A stretch of DNA of 20,419 nt from Clostridia bacterium. GTDB taxonomy: Bacteria; Bacillota; Clostridia; HGM11514. The position numbers and the translations under genes are program-made. The notes under the pieces were generated by a model, which saw only the letters and a program-made list of their open reading frames with translations, ran no database searches and was not told where the DNA came from. Of this stretch, positions 1 to 9,618 are shown in pieces. The stretch covers positions 1 through 20,419 of the forward strand of contig JAZNAU010000008.1 of the NCBI GenBank assembly GCA_045586685.1, written 5' to 3'. Numbering within the stretch: position 1 is the stretch's first letter; each line of letters begins with the position of its first letter.

Positions 1-8
1 AAACTATT

Positions 9-51
9 AAAAAATATGCTGAACAAGAAACTCTTGTTCAGCATATTTTTT
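9..51. terminator. Intrinsic terminator, probably bidirectional
   Basis: Perfect 20-bp inverted repeat aaaaaatatgctgaacaaga-aac-tcttgttcagcatatttttt with A/T tracts at both ends, directly after the stop of the 51..1487 gene. Confidence 0.85.
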
Positions 52-1487
52 TACTTTATCTCAATTCCGTCTGCGTTGGATATGCAAGGAATTTCATTGT
101 GCTGAATGTTTTTGCACAGTATAGCACCTTTTCCGTGACCGCCGAAAACAGAATCCATGGCACAAGCGCATCTCATATTTTCAAACAAAATATTTTCGGT
201 TTCCATGCCATTAAAATAGATGCAAGAAAACCCGTCTGATTTTGTTTGGTTCCAGTCAATGTAAATATGTTCGTCAGAGGGGAGAGGTCTGCAATCTTTA
301 TCGTAAGAAATATTAGAAAATCTTACATTTTCCACCTTTCCTTCTCCAAAGTATACAGCCATAAAACCGTTGCCAAACAAACGAATATTATCAAAAGAAG
401 AGTCTGATAAAGTGTTGTTTAGAAAGAGCGCATATCTTGCGTGGGTCATTACATTTGAAACAGATATGCCAAAGGTTTCTCCGTGCTTTGCCTTTTCTTT
501 GTTATACCAATAGGATTCTCCGATGATAATAGCCGCCTCTGTCCGATATCCAATTTCACCGGGAATAATTTTTTTCCACGGAATGATGTTGCCTTCGTTA
601 TCTGTCTTAATAATCAAATCTGGATTTTGTGCAACAGATGCATCCTGCTCCGACCAAGGGGAGGTTTCAATTACATTATCAATTCTTATATTATAAATCT
701 TATATCCGTCATGGTTTAAAAGCCTGATTAAAGCACATCCGCCAACTCCATAGCACATAATGTTGCGAATTGTAATGTTTCGAATATCACCGTCAGAAAG
801 CTTGTTTACCACCTTTTGGTAAATGGCATCTTCTGTTGCAAGAAGTGCAACCATGTTATCTCCCACACAGCCTGTAATATTTTCTACAATAACATCATGA
901 CAGCCTTTGCAAACATCAACGCCGTCCTGATTGGGCACATTGCTTTCGCTTTCAAAATGGATATTGGCGATACGACTGTATGAAGTGGTGTACATACAAA
1001 TGGCCCAGTAACGATGATTTTTAATGGTAAGGTTTTCTACTAAAAGATGCTCCACATTACGAAAATACATCATACAGTTTTCAGAAATGTGATAGGGATA
1101 TTGTTTCATAACCTTTCTGGAGATGCCGTTGTCTTCATACATTCCATTATGAATCCCACCGTCCAACACCACATTACCCATACCACGGATGGTAATGTTT
1201 TTTTGTGTCTCCTTTTCACCGATTGCATCGGGAATTTTAGAATTTTTATTGGCGAATATATTGCATACGGCACCATCGCCCAGTCTTAAATGACAGTTTT
1301 GCAGTAAAACAGTACTTTCACTGTGCAGTAAAATTGTTTTTGTAATATCCCAGATTGCCTTTCCTGTTCTTTGATTGATTTTTGGAATCAAAACGGCCTG
1401 TCCTGTTTCCTGTGCCTTGTCCAAGGCTGCCTGAATCATATCACTATCGCAAGATAAATGCGAATAATTATTTACATTCAGATACAT
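51..1487 (-). CDS. GH28-like / pectin-lyase-fold beta-helix protein (cytoplasmic, divergent active site)
   Basis: 478 aa. N-terminal 'IQAALD' cap, repeating I-x-N-I-x-I beta-helix pattern, 'PNQDGVDV..GC.DV.VENI.G.VGDNMVA' resembling the GH28 NTDG...GDD region. AGGAGG RBS upstream; no signal peptide. Confidence 0.75.
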   Translation of the reverse strand: MYLNVNNYSHLSCDSDMIQAALDKAQETGQAVLIPKINQRTGKAIWDITKTILLHSESTVLLQNCHLRLGDGAVCNIFANKNSKIPDAIGEKETQKNITIRGMGNVVLDGGIHNGMYEDNGISRKVMKQYPYHISENCMMYFRNVEHLLVENLTIKNHRYWAICMYTTSYSRIANIHFESESNVPNQDGVDVCKGCHDVIVENITGCVGDNMVALLATEDAIYQKVVNKLSDGDIRNITIRNIMCYGVGGCALIRLLNHDGYKIYNIRIDNVIETSPWSEQDASVAQNPDLIIKTDNEGNIIPWKKIIPGEIGYRTEAAIIIGESYWYNKEKAKHGETFGISVSNVMTHARYALFLNNTLSDSSFDNIRLFGNGFMAVYFGEGKVENVRFSNISYDKDCRPLPSDEHIYIDWNQTKSDGFSCIYFNGMETENILFENMRCACAMDSVFGGHGKGAILCKNIQHNEIPCISNADGIEIK

Positions 1488-1522
1488 AATTGCCCTCCTA
1501 TAATAACTTGTATATACAAATT

Positions 1523-1551
1523 ATTATATCATAAAAAAGAAAGAGTGTCAA
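1523..1551 (-). promoter_or_regulatory. Sigma-A promoter for the GH28-like gene
   Basis: Minus strand TTGACA (1551-1546), 17 nt, TATAAT (1528-1523) with extended TG: full consensus. Confidence 0.8.
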
Positions 1552-1552
1552 T

Positions 1553-1589
1553 AAAAAGGACAGCAACAAAAAGATTTTGTTGCTGTCCT
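1553..1589 (-). terminator. Intrinsic terminator after the DUF975-like gene
   Basis: 15-bp stem aggacagcaacaaaa-aga-ttttgttgctgtcct followed on the minus strand by a U tract. Confidence 0.8.
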
Positions 1590-1599
1590 GTCTTTCTTT

Positions 1600-2376
1600 T
1601 TATTCTTCCTTATTTTGTTCCGGGGCGTTTGCTTTCTTTGCTGCCTCCAATGCTTCCACGGGGTAGGGAACATAAATGGGTTGCAGCTTTAAATATTCAG
1701 GCTGATAAACTTCATTGGGATGCTCTTTTGCAAATTGAACTGCTTTTTGAATTTCATCATAAAATGCTGCCTGAAGCAATCCGATAAACAGGGGTGCAAA
1801 TAACACCAGAAGCAATGTAACCAAAAAGAGTAAAAATCCGAATACCATGCTGAGTACTTCAATAGCAGTAAGCATTGCCAGTATAAAGCATACAATCCAG
1901 ACCGCAACGCCAAATACCAGATAGGTCAGAAACATATTTCCTTTATAACCCTTTGTCAGAGTCATGGAAAGCTTTAATGCATCTGTTGCAGAAACCTCAG
2001 GCTGGGTCATGAGAATGTAGGGAGTCATGCTGTAAGAGAGTGATTTTACAATCAGGATAATAGGACCTACAATGGGAATCAATGCCCACAGAATCAGCCA
2101 GAGAAGCATCCAAGCCATACCGCCTGCCACATGAAGAAAATTAGAAAATCCTGCAAATAAATCCTGAGACACAAAAGTTTCTCTCCGATAGCCTTTGACA
2201 TAAATAAGCGACATGGATGCCCCGAGTACCAAAGCAATCGGTATAAAAATAATAGGTAATGCGGAAAAGGCAGTTGCCAGCAAGGTAAGAAGCATGCTCA
2301 ATAATGAGGTTCCCCACAGAACAACGGGCTTTTCTTTGATTACGTTAAACACCTTCTGATAAATAAATTGAATCAT
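1600..2376 (-). CDS. DUF975-like integral membrane protein
   Basis: 258 aa with about 5-6 hydrophobic segments; 'DLFAGF' and 'SYSMTPYIL...A.DALKLS..LTKGYKG..FL' typical of DUF975; AGGAGG RBS. Confidence 0.75.
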   Translation of the reverse strand: MIQFIYQKVFNVIKEKPVVLWGTSLLSMLLTLLATAFSALPIIFIPIALVLGASMSLIYVKGYRRETFVSQDLFAGFSNFLHVAGGMAWMLLWLILWALIPIVGPIILIVKSLSYSMTPYILMTQPEVSATDALKLSMTLTKGYKGNMFLTYLVFGVAVWIVCFILAMLTAIEVLSMVFGFLLFLVTLLLVLFAPLFIGLLQAAFYDEIQKAVQFAKEHPNEVYQPEYLKLQPIYVPYPVEALEAAKKANAPEQNKEE

Positions 2377-2411
2377 TGAAAACTTGCCTCCTAAAAATAA
2401 ACATCATTTTA

Positions 2412-2440
2412 ATTATATCTCTTGTTGTCGGAAAAGTCAA
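2412..2440 (-). promoter_or_regulatory. Sigma-A promoter for the DUF975-like gene, overlapping the capA-like stop codon
   Basis: Minus strand TTGACT (2440-2435), 17 nt, TATAAT (2417-2412). Confidence 0.65.
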
Positions 2441-3591
2441 GGGTTTTTCGACATATTATTCAGTTTTTTGAAGTGATGCCCTATAAGAAATGATTCCTGT
2501 ACAGTATTATGAATCAGTGCATCCATATATTCATAGGAAAAGGCGGAATCAAAGGCACGGACACCGTGATTGTTTGCAATTTCCGGACTGTATTTCTCAA
2601 ATGGATAGACGACATAATTGCAGTATCCAGCATCAAAATGATTGATTAAAGGAGTAAATTTTCCATAGGAAACCCGCATATCTCCTTTCACCCCTGAAAA
2701 TTCTACCTCTAACATTCCCTCAAGCATGGAATTTGCCATATCTTGTGCAGAAACAAAATTTCCAAGGGAATAGGCAATCAGCATTTCTTTTCCGTCAGGA
2801 CGGGTAATACTTTTTACCGGTTGAATGACATGAGGATGATGACCGATAAGTAAATCTACATTTTCTCGGGACAGCCTTGCTGCCAAAGCTTGTTGCTCCG
2901 GGCTTGGCTTCATTTGGTATTCGTTACCCCAGTGAAGTGATACAATGACAAGGTCTGCTTGCTCTCTTGCCTCTCTTGCTGCCTCACAAATGGAATCTTC
3001 TTCAATCAGCCGGACAGAATATGGGCTTTCTTCCGGCAACGATAAGCCGTTTGTTCCGTACCCGTATCCTAACCAGGCAATTTTGATTCCTTTGGTTTGG
3101 GTGTACTGAATTTCAGGATAGGTGCCGTCGTCAATCCCAAGAACGGTCATTTGGGGATGCTGTTTCCAAAAGGAAATGGTATTGCCAATACCTTCCTCTC
3201 CACGGTCAAAAATATGGTTGGTAGCGTGATTGACTACGTCGAATCCCAAAGTAATCATATCCTCGCCCAACTCTTGAGGAGAATTAAAGCAAGGGTAATC
3301 AGAAAGACCGATTTGAGTCCCGCCAAGAGGGGTTTCTTGATTATAAAAGGCAATGTCTGCCCGTTTGATTTTGTCTGCTAAAAATTTATATATTGGCAGA
3401 AAATCATAGTCCCGATCAGGATTTTGTTCAGCATTTTTTGCCGCGTCAAGATAAACGGTGGAATGAATCAGGTTATCACCTGCCGCAACCAAAGAAATTG
3501 TTACAGGGGTAGGGGCAGGGGTGGATTCATTTTGCTGTGTACATCCGCACATAAGTAAAAGAAAAGAGAGAATAAGTAATAATTTTTTCAT
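2437..3591 (-). CDS. CapA/PGA_cap-family metallophosphoesterase lipoprotein
   Basis: Lipoprotein signal MKKLLLILSFLLLMCG-C; motifs AGDNLIH, NQETP, ATNHIFD, SLHWGNEY, GHHPHV, YSLGNF. Confidence 0.88.
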   Translation of the reverse strand: MKKLLLILSFLLLMCGCTQQNESTPAPTPVTISLVAAGDNLIHSTVYLDAAKNAEQNPDRDYDFLPIYKFLADKIKRADIAFYNQETPLGGTQIGLSDYPCFNSPQELGEDMITLGFDVVNHATNHIFDRGEEGIGNTISFWKQHPQMTVLGIDDGTYPEIQYTQTKGIKIAWLGYGYGTNGLSLPEESPYSVRLIEEDSICEAAREAREQADLVIVSLHWGNEYQMKPSPEQQALAARLSRENVDLLIGHHPHVIQPVKSITRPDGKEMLIAYSLGNFVSAQDMANSMLEGMLEVEFSGVKGDMRVSYGKFTPLINHFDAGYCNYVVYPFEKYSPEIANNHGVRAFDSAFSYEYMDALIHNTVQESFLIGHHFKKLNNMSKNP

Positions 3592-3644
3592 ATAAAGTAA
3601 ATCCTTTTTCGTTATTCACTAAATTGATTTAGTCTGTATCATTT

Positions 3645-3673
3645 ATTATAAATAAATTATGGCAAATTGTCAA
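3645..3673 (-). promoter_or_regulatory. Sigma-A promoter for the capA-like gene
   Basis: Minus strand TTGACA (3673-3668), 17 nt, TATAAT (3650-3645). Confidence 0.75.
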
Positions 3674-3680
3674 TTATGTA

Positions 3681-3709
3681 TTGACAAAATTATAGAAAAA
3701 TTATATGAT
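3681..3709 (+). promoter_or_regulatory. Sigma-A promoter for smc-ftsY
   Basis: TTGACA (3681-3686), 17 nt, TATGAT (3704-3709). Confidence 0.75.
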
Positions 3710-3741
3710 ATATAAGGATAATTTTGTCCATGGAGGTAATT

Positions 3742-6700
3742 ATGTACTTAAAACGATTGGAAATGCAAGGCTTTAAATCTTTTCCCGATAAGGTATCTCT
3801 GGATTTCAGTCAGGGACTGACCATGATTGTAGGACCTAACGGAAGCGGAAAAAGCAATATTTCCGATGCCATTCGTTGGGTGTTGGGGGAACAAAGCGCA
3901 AAGCATTTACGTGGAAGTAAAATGGAAGATGTCATTTTTGCAGGAACTCAGGACAGAAAAGCACTGGGGTTTGCAGAGGTGTCCATTATTATCGATAACA
4001 ATGACCGAAGAATGGAGATTGATTTTTCGGAAATAACCGTAACCAGACGGGTGTTCCGTTCGGGTGAAAGTGAATATTTTATTAACGGTGCTGCTTGTCG
4101 CTTGAAAGACATCCACGAGGTGTTTATGGATACAGGCTTAGGGCGGGACGGTTATTCCGTTATCGGACAGGGAAAAATTGATGAAATCTTAAGCAATAAG
4201 GCAGAAGACCGTCGTCAGATTTTTGAAGAAGCAGCAGGAATCTCAAAGTATAAATACCGTAAATTGGAGGCAGAAAGAAAATTAAACGGGACGGAAGAAA
4301 ATCTGACCCGTCTTTATGATATTTTAACCGAACTTGAGGACAGGCTGGGTCCCTTGGAGCGTCAGTCGGAAACGGCAAAGAAATATTTGTTGTTGCGGGA
4401 ACAGTTAAAACAGCTGGAGGTCAGTGTTTCGATTGAAAATATTGCAAAATTTAAAAAGACACTATCTGAAATTGAACAGAGCATTTCAACCGTGAACAGT
4501 CAGATGACGGATGCCCGTCAGCTGATGGAAACCTTGGAAAAAGAAGTGGATCAGTTGTACCGTGGCAATGCGGAAACTGATGAAAAGATTGCAGACCTTC
4601 GTGAGAAAATTTCTGCGGAGGAAGGAAGGATTCAACAACATTTAAGCGAAATTACCATTTTTCAGGATACCATTAGCCAGAATCAGACTTCAATGGAACG
4701 TCTTGGCGAGGAACAAAAGCAGTTTGAAGCTTCTGTAGAGGACAACAGCAAGAAAAAGTTGGAAAAGGATGAAGAATTAAAGCTGATTGAAGGGCAAATG
4801 CAGCAAACAAAACAAACTGTGGATGCCCGCCTTTTAGAATTTGGAAAAGCTGAGCAACAGGTAAGACAAGCGGAAGGTTTGCTGAAAGAAAAGAATGAAG
4901 ATTTGGTAGGCGTGACGGCAGAGCTCGGTGAACTGAAGGCGGCTCTTTCTCATGTGGATGCATTGGAGCAAACTTATCAAAGCCGTTTGGACGAATTGAC
5001 AGCTTCCTTGGCACAGAAAAAGAAGGGGGCAGAGGAGCTTTATAAAAAAGCCGAAGAAACAGAAAAAAAGGCAAAAGAATGTCTTTCCCGTAAGGACCAA
5101 CTGTCCGAACAGTTAGCCTGTGCAAAGCAAGAACTGGAAAAGAAAAACAATCAGGTTCAGATGTTATTCGAAAAACAGCAAAGTCGGGAAGGTTCGTTGC
5201 GTTTTAAACAAGACAGAATAAAAATGCTTTCGGATATGGAGCGGGAATTTGAGGGCTATCAAAAGGGTGCGAAAAGTATTCTTCAAAATAAAGAAGGTGC
5301 TTTGAAACAATTAAACATTCACGGTTCTCTTTCTCAGTTAATTTCTGTTGAAGGAGAGTATGTAACAGCGGTGGAAACCGCTTTGGGACAAGCTCTTCAA
5401 AATATTGTAACCGAAACAGAGGAAGATGCCAAAAAGGCAATCGCTTATTTAAAGGAGCATAAGCTGGGTCGGGTCACCTTTCTTCCTGTTTCCTCCGTAA
5501 AGGCAAGGGAGTTTGGGTTTGAACCTTCCAAATCCAAGGGGTTTTTAGGGATTGCTTCAGAGCTTGTCAAGTCGGATAAAAAATACGCTGGCATTCTTTC
5601 TTCTTTGTTGGGAGCAACCGTTGTTGTAGATACTTTAGACCATGCTATTGCCATGGCAAGAGAATTCCGGCACAAATTTAAAATTGTTACGTTAGAAGGG
5701 GATTTGTGTAACGTTGGCGGATCCATGTCAGGAGGATTTGTCAATAAACAGGCAGGGATTCTGTCCCGTGCCAATGACATCCGTCGGCTTACCAAGGAAG
5801 CAGAACAGCTTGAAGGGCAGTTGCAAGAATCTCAACATGAATTAGTTCAATTACGGCAAGAGTTACAGGCTTGTGAGCTGGAGCAAAACCGTCTGGCACA
5901 TGAGGAACAAGAACTTCAAGGACAGCTGATTTCTTGTGCGGCAGAGGAAAAACATCTAAAGGATTTATGTCAGGCAGAACAGCGTGGCATGGACGAGCTG
6001 GAAGAAAGCCGTAAACAGGTTGTTCAAAGAATGGAAAAAATAAAAGAAGAAACGGAACAAAAACGGGCAAGATTGGCAGAGATTCAGGCAGGCAGCACTG
6101 CTTTGGAACAGGATGTTGCTCATGCACAAGTAATCTATGAAGATGCGGTATCAGAAAGAGAAACTCTGTCAGGTCAGATAACACAAAGTCGGATGGACTT
6201 ACTGGATCAGGAAAAAAATGCAGAGCTTTGTAAAGAACAGATGAATTCTCTTGACAGCAGAATTCGTTTTGATAAAAACGAATGGGAGCATCGGCGCCGT
6301 CAGATTGAGGCTGCACAGGAAAAAAATGAGCGGTTGGCGTCTGATATTGAATTTAAACAGCACCAGATTCAGGACTTGACACAAGAAATTGATGAAAAAC
6401 GAAACAAAATTACCCAGCTTGAACAAGGAAAGCAAGGGGACCAGACCGCTATTACGAAGAAACAGGAGCAGGCAAGGGAAAGCCGTGAGAAAATGCTGTT
6501 GCTTCAACAGGAATACGGCAGAATCGAAAATAAAAAAGCAAAAGCGGAATTTGAAATTGATGCAATTATCAACCGCTTGTGGGAGGATTACGGTCTGACC
6601 CACACCACCGCAATGGAATATAAAATTGAGCTGGAAAGCATTTCGAAGGCACAAAAGGAAATTAGCAGTCTGAAGAAGGAAATTTCAGCTTTGGGGCATA

Positions 6701-7311
6701 TTAACATTGATGCCATTGAAGAATTCAAACAGGTGAAAGAACGATTTACCTTCTTAAGCGGTCAGCGGGACGATTTGCTGGAGGCAAAGCAATCTCTGGA
6801 AAAGATTATTAAAGAAATGCAAGAACTGATGAAAACTATCTTTTCTCAACAGTTTAGCTTAATTAACGAGTACTTTTCAGAAACCTTCCAGCAGTTATTC
6901 GGTGGCGGTAATGCAAAGTTATATCTGTCCGACCCTGACAATGTGCTGGAAAGCGGTGTGGAAATTGAGGTACAGCCACCGGGAAAAAAACTACAGAACA
7001 TGATGCTGTTGTCAGGTGGAGAAAAAGCAATGTGTGCGATTGCGATTTTGTTTGCTATTATTAAAACCAGACCTGCACCTTTTTGTATTTTTGATGAAAT
7101 TGAGGCAGCGCTGGACGATGTGAATGTGTACCGTTTTGCAAACTATTTGCGTTCCTTCAACGACAAAACCCAGTTTATTGTTGTAACTCACCGCCGTGGT
7201 ACCATGGAAGCGGCAGACAGACTTTACGGTATCACCATGGAAAAAAAGGGAATTTCTCGCATGATTATGCTGGATATGGACGAATTGGAAGAATTTAATA
7301 ATAAAAAATAA
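3742..7311 (+). CDS. smc: Chromosome segregation protein SMC
   Basis: GFKSF, Walker A GPNGSGKSN, long coiled coils around a hinge (LGRVTFLP, GGSMSGG), signature LSGGEK, Walker B IFDEIEAALD. Start moved to ATG 3742, which follows GGAGG at 3732-3736. Confidence 0.97.
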   Translation: MYLKRLEMQGFKSFPDKVSLDFSQGLTMIVGPNGSGKSNISDAIRWVLGEQSAKHLRGSKMEDVIFAGTQDRKALGFAEVSIIIDNNDRRMEIDFSEITVTRRVFRSGESEYFINGAACRLKDIHEVFMDTGLGRDGYSVIGQGKIDEILSNKAEDRRQIFEEAAGISKYKYRKLEAERKLNGTEENLTRLYDILTELEDRLGPLERQSETAKKYLLLREQLKQLEVSVSIENIAKFKKTLSEIEQSISTVNSQMTDARQLMETLEKEVDQLYRGNAETDEKIADLREKISAEEGRIQQHLSEITIFQDTISQNQTSMERLGEEQKQFEASVEDNSKKKLEKDEELKLIEGQMQQTKQTVDARLLEFGKAEQQVRQAEGLLKEKNEDLVGVTAELGELKAALSHVDALEQTYQSRLDELTASLAQKKKGAEELYKKAEETEKKAKECLSRKDQLSEQLACAKQELEKKNNQVQMLFEKQQSREGSLRFKQDRIKMLSDMEREFEGYQKGAKSILQNKEGALKQLNIHGSLSQLISVEGEYVTAVETALGQALQNIVTETEEDAKKAIAYLKEHKLGRVTFLPVSSVKAREFGFEPSKSKGFLGIASELVKSDKKYAGILSSLLGATVVVDTLDHAIAMAREFRHKFKIVTLEGDLCNVGGSMSGGFVNKQAGILSRANDIRRLTKEAEQLEGQLQESQHELVQLRQELQACELEQNRLAHEEQELQGQLISCAAEEKHLKDLCQAEQRGMDELEESRKQVVQRMEKIKEETEQKRARLAEIQAGSTALEQDVAHAQVIYEDAVSERETLSGQITQSRMDLLDQEKNAELCKEQMNSLDSRIRFDKNEWEHRRRQIEAAQEKNERLASDIEFKQHQIQDLTQEIDEKRNKITQLEQGKQGDQTAITKKQEQARESREKMLLLQQEYGRIENKKAKAEFEIDAIINRLWEDYGLTHTTAMEYKIELESISKAQKEISSLKKEISALGHINIDAIEEFKQVKERFTFLSGQRDDLLEAKQSLEKIIKEMQELMKTIFSQQFSLINEYFSETFQQLFGGGNAKLYLSDPDNVLESGVEIEVQPPGKKLQNMMLLSGGEKAMCAIAILFAIIKTRPAPFCIFDEIEAALDDVNVYRFANYLRSFNDKTQFIVVTHRRGTMEAADRLYGITMEKKGISRMIMLDMDELEEFNNKK

Positions 7312-7322
7312 GGAGAATTTGA

Positions 7323-8234
7323 ATGGCTTTATTTGCAGGATTAAAAGATAAGTTATCAAAAACCAGAAATAATTTTTCTGAAAAGGTGGAGGAAGTATTT
7401 AAATCCTTCCGTAAAATAGATGAGGATTTATTTGAAGAATTGGAAGAAGCGTTGATTACAGCGGACGTGGGGGTAAATGCTTCTATGGAAATTATAGAAC
7501 GCCTTCGTATCGCTTGTAAGGAAAAGGTTCTTCGGGAATCGGAAGAATTAAGGGAAGAATTAAAGTCCATTATTTCCGATATGATGTCCCAAAGTTCCTG
7601 TCAACTGGAGCTTTCCAAAACACCTGCAGTGATTCTGGTGATCGGCGTTAATGGTGTAGGGAAAACCACCTCAATCGGTAAAATTGCTGCAATGCTGAAA
7701 AATGAGGGCAAAAAGGTGCTGTTAGCAGCTGGGGATACCTTCCGTGCGGCAGCCATTGACCAGTTGCAAATTTGGGCAGACAGAGCGGGAGTGGATATGA
7801 TTAAACATCAGGAGGGTGCTGATCCTGCGGCAGTTATATACGATGCGGCTTGTGCGGCGAAATCAAGAGACGTGGATGTGTTGATTTGCGATACGGCGGG
7901 CAGACTTCATAATAAAGTCAATCTGATGAACGAACTCCATAAAATCTTTTCTGTACTGGAAAAGGAATTGCCCGCATCTTCCCGTGAAGTGTTGCTGGTG
8001 TTGGATGCAACCACAGGGCAGAATGCATTGTCACAGGCTAAATTGTTTGGCGACACAGCAGATATTACAGGGATTGTGTTAACAAAGCTTGACGGCACTG
8101 CCAAGGGTGGTGTTGTAATTGGAATTCAGTCTGAGCAACAGATTCCCGTTAAATTGATTGGTGTGGGAGAGGGAATGGAGGATATGCGACCCTTTGATCC
8201 ACAGGAATTTGCCAAAGCATTGTTTGAAGAATAA
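7323..8234 (+). CDS. ftsY: Signal recognition particle receptor FtsY (NG domain only)
   Basis: [35 protein letters not shown]; AAGGAG RBS; conserved position after smc. Confidence 0.97.
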   Translation: MALFAGLKDKLSKTRNNFSEKVEEVFKSFRKIDEDLFEELEEALITADVGVNASMEIIERLRIACKEKVLRESEELREELKSIISDMMSQSSCQLELSKTPAVILVIGVNGVGKTTSIGKIAAMLKNEGKKVLLAAGDTFRAAAIDQLQIWADRAGVDMIKHQEGADPAAVIYDAACAAKSRDVDVLICDTAGRLHNKVNLMNELHKIFSVLEKELPASSREVLLVLDATTGQNALSQAKLFGDTADITGIVLTKLDGTAKGGVVIGIQSEQQIPVKLIGVGEGMEDMRPFDPQEFAKALFEE

Positions 8235-8251
8235 AAAAGCTTGGTACAAGT

Positions 8252-8292
8252 AAAAAATGCCAGAAAAACAGTGAGTTTTTCTGGCGTTTTTT
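8252..8292. terminator. Bidirectional terminator between convergent ftsY and mgsA-like
   Basis: aaaaaatgccagaaaaac-agtga-gtttttctggcgtttttt inverted repeat with A/T tracts on both sides. Confidence 0.85.
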
Positions 8293-8303
8293 ATGTTATA
8301 TTG

Positions 8304-8699
8304 TTATCGCTTTGGATTGATAATATCTCTCCAACTGAAATCGCCTCTGGCAAGACCTTGAATCAAAACTTCTGCGGTAGCCAGATTGGTGGCATAGGGA
8401 ATTGCATGAATGTCACATAATTTCAACATATCATCTACTTCCGGTACAATTTCTGCTGACGGGTCGCGTAAAAACAACAAGAAATCAACCTCGTTACAGG
8501 AAACTCGGGCAGAAATCTGCTGGAATCCGCCGGAGGGATCTGATAAAGTTTGAATTTCCATATTGGTTGCATCACTTACAAGTCTGCCTGTTGTAGCGGT
8601 GGCTAATAACGTATGATTCTCTAAAATTCCTTTATAAGCAATGCAAAATTGAACCATCAGTTCTTTCTTTGTGTCTTGTGCAATCAATGCGATATTCAA
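8304..8699 (-). CDS. mgsA: Methylglyoxal synthase-like protein with degenerate active site
   Basis: MNIALIA.D.KK, AT.TTG, GG.QQI, FLRDP, CD.H.IP.ATN.ATAE match MgsA; TTG start with AAGGAGG RBS. Confidence 0.85.
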   Translation of the reverse strand: MNIALIAQDTKKELMVQFCIAYKGILENHTLLATATTGRLVSDATNMEIQTLSDPSGGFQQISARVSCNEVDFLLFLRDPSAEIVPEVDDMLKLCDIHAIPYATNLATAEVLIQGLARGDFSWRDIINPKR

Positions 8700-8751
8700 T
8701 GTAATTCCTCCTTTGATTTTTTATTTTAAGTCCCTAACACGGGAATAACAA

Positions 8752-9540
8752 TCATGTTTGCTTAAAGGCTTGCCTTAGGCGTTTTAAGAGGGGTTCTTTT
8801 GGAAAAACAGCCAACGGAATCTCCTGTCCCAACAGTCGTTTAGCAATGTTTTTATAACAAACCGCACCCTTTGAATCAGGGGTCAGAAAAACGGGTTGTC
8901 CCGTATTTCCGGCTTTTATCAATGCTATATCCTCGTGAACAATACCCGCAAGAGGAAGTTTAATGGCATCCATGACCTGTTCGATACTTAACAAAATCCC
9001 TTCTTGCACCAAACAGGGCTGATAGCGGTTAATGATCAATTGAATTTGAGAAATACCTTGTTCTGTTAAAAGCTGTGCAATTTTATCTCCGTCACGCACC
9101 GAACCTGCTTCACATTGCACCACAATCAATGCCTTATCTGCACCGCAGATTGAATTGTAAAATCCTTGCTCTGCACCGGCAGGGCAGTCAATCAATACAA
9201 AGTCAAACTGCTCTGCAAGTTGAGAATAAAGCGTTTTCAATTCTTCTGTATAATCCTGATGAGGTTGTCCTTGAGGAGCAGGGAGGATGGATAAGGATAA
9301 ATAGTGCGGGTGGGGAATCAAAGCATCTTCCAAAGAACATTGATTCCGAATTACATCGCCCCAATGACTGCTGCTCCGGTCAGAAACTCCTGTGGTTAAA
9401 TCAAGCTTACGAAGCCCCATATCCAGATCGATAATCACTGTTTTTTGTTCCAACAGAGAAAGTGCAGCGCCTAAACCGGCGGCAGAGGTTGTTTTTCCCA
9501 CGCCCCCTTTACCGGAGGTGAGCACGATGACCTGTCCCAC
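8752..9540 (-). CDS. minD: Septum site-determining ATPase MinD
   Basis: Deviant Walker A SGKGGVGKTT, DLDMGLRKLD, DCPAG, C-terminal amphipathic membrane-targeting sequence LLKRLRQAF; GTG start with AGGAGG RBS. Confidence 0.9.
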   Translation of the reverse strand: MGQVIVLTSGKGGVGKTTSAAGLGAALSLLEQKTVIIDLDMGLRKLDLTTGVSDRSSSHWGDVIRNQCSLEDALIPHPHYLSLSILPAPQGQPHQDYTEELKTLYSQLAEQFDFVLIDCPAGAEQGFYNSICGADKALIVVQCEAGSVRDGDKIAQLLTEQGISQIQLIINRYQPCLVQEGILLSIEQVMDAIKLPLAGIVHEDIALIKAGNTGQPVFLTPDSKGAVCYKNIAKRLLGQEIPLAVFPKEPLLKRLRQAFKQT

Positions 9541-9618
9541 GTTTTATTCCTCCTAAAAGATACAGATAAAGTGCTTAAAATTTGCCTGATAGGGCATTAT
9601 CTCATTACACTTATGCTT

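Noticed and set aside
2426-2453. Imperfect inverted repeat at the capA-like stop codon
   Set aside because: Weak, mismatched stem with no U tract; cannot be called a terminator or operator.
3742-7311. SMC as part of a Wadjet/MksBEF-type defence system
   Set aside because: Canonical hinge-containing SMC next to ftsY, with no jet/mks partner genes in the window.
3907-7570. Multiple antisense or alternative-frame ORFs inside smc and ftsY
   Set aside because: Fully nested in well-conserved genes, no domain signal; expected shadows.
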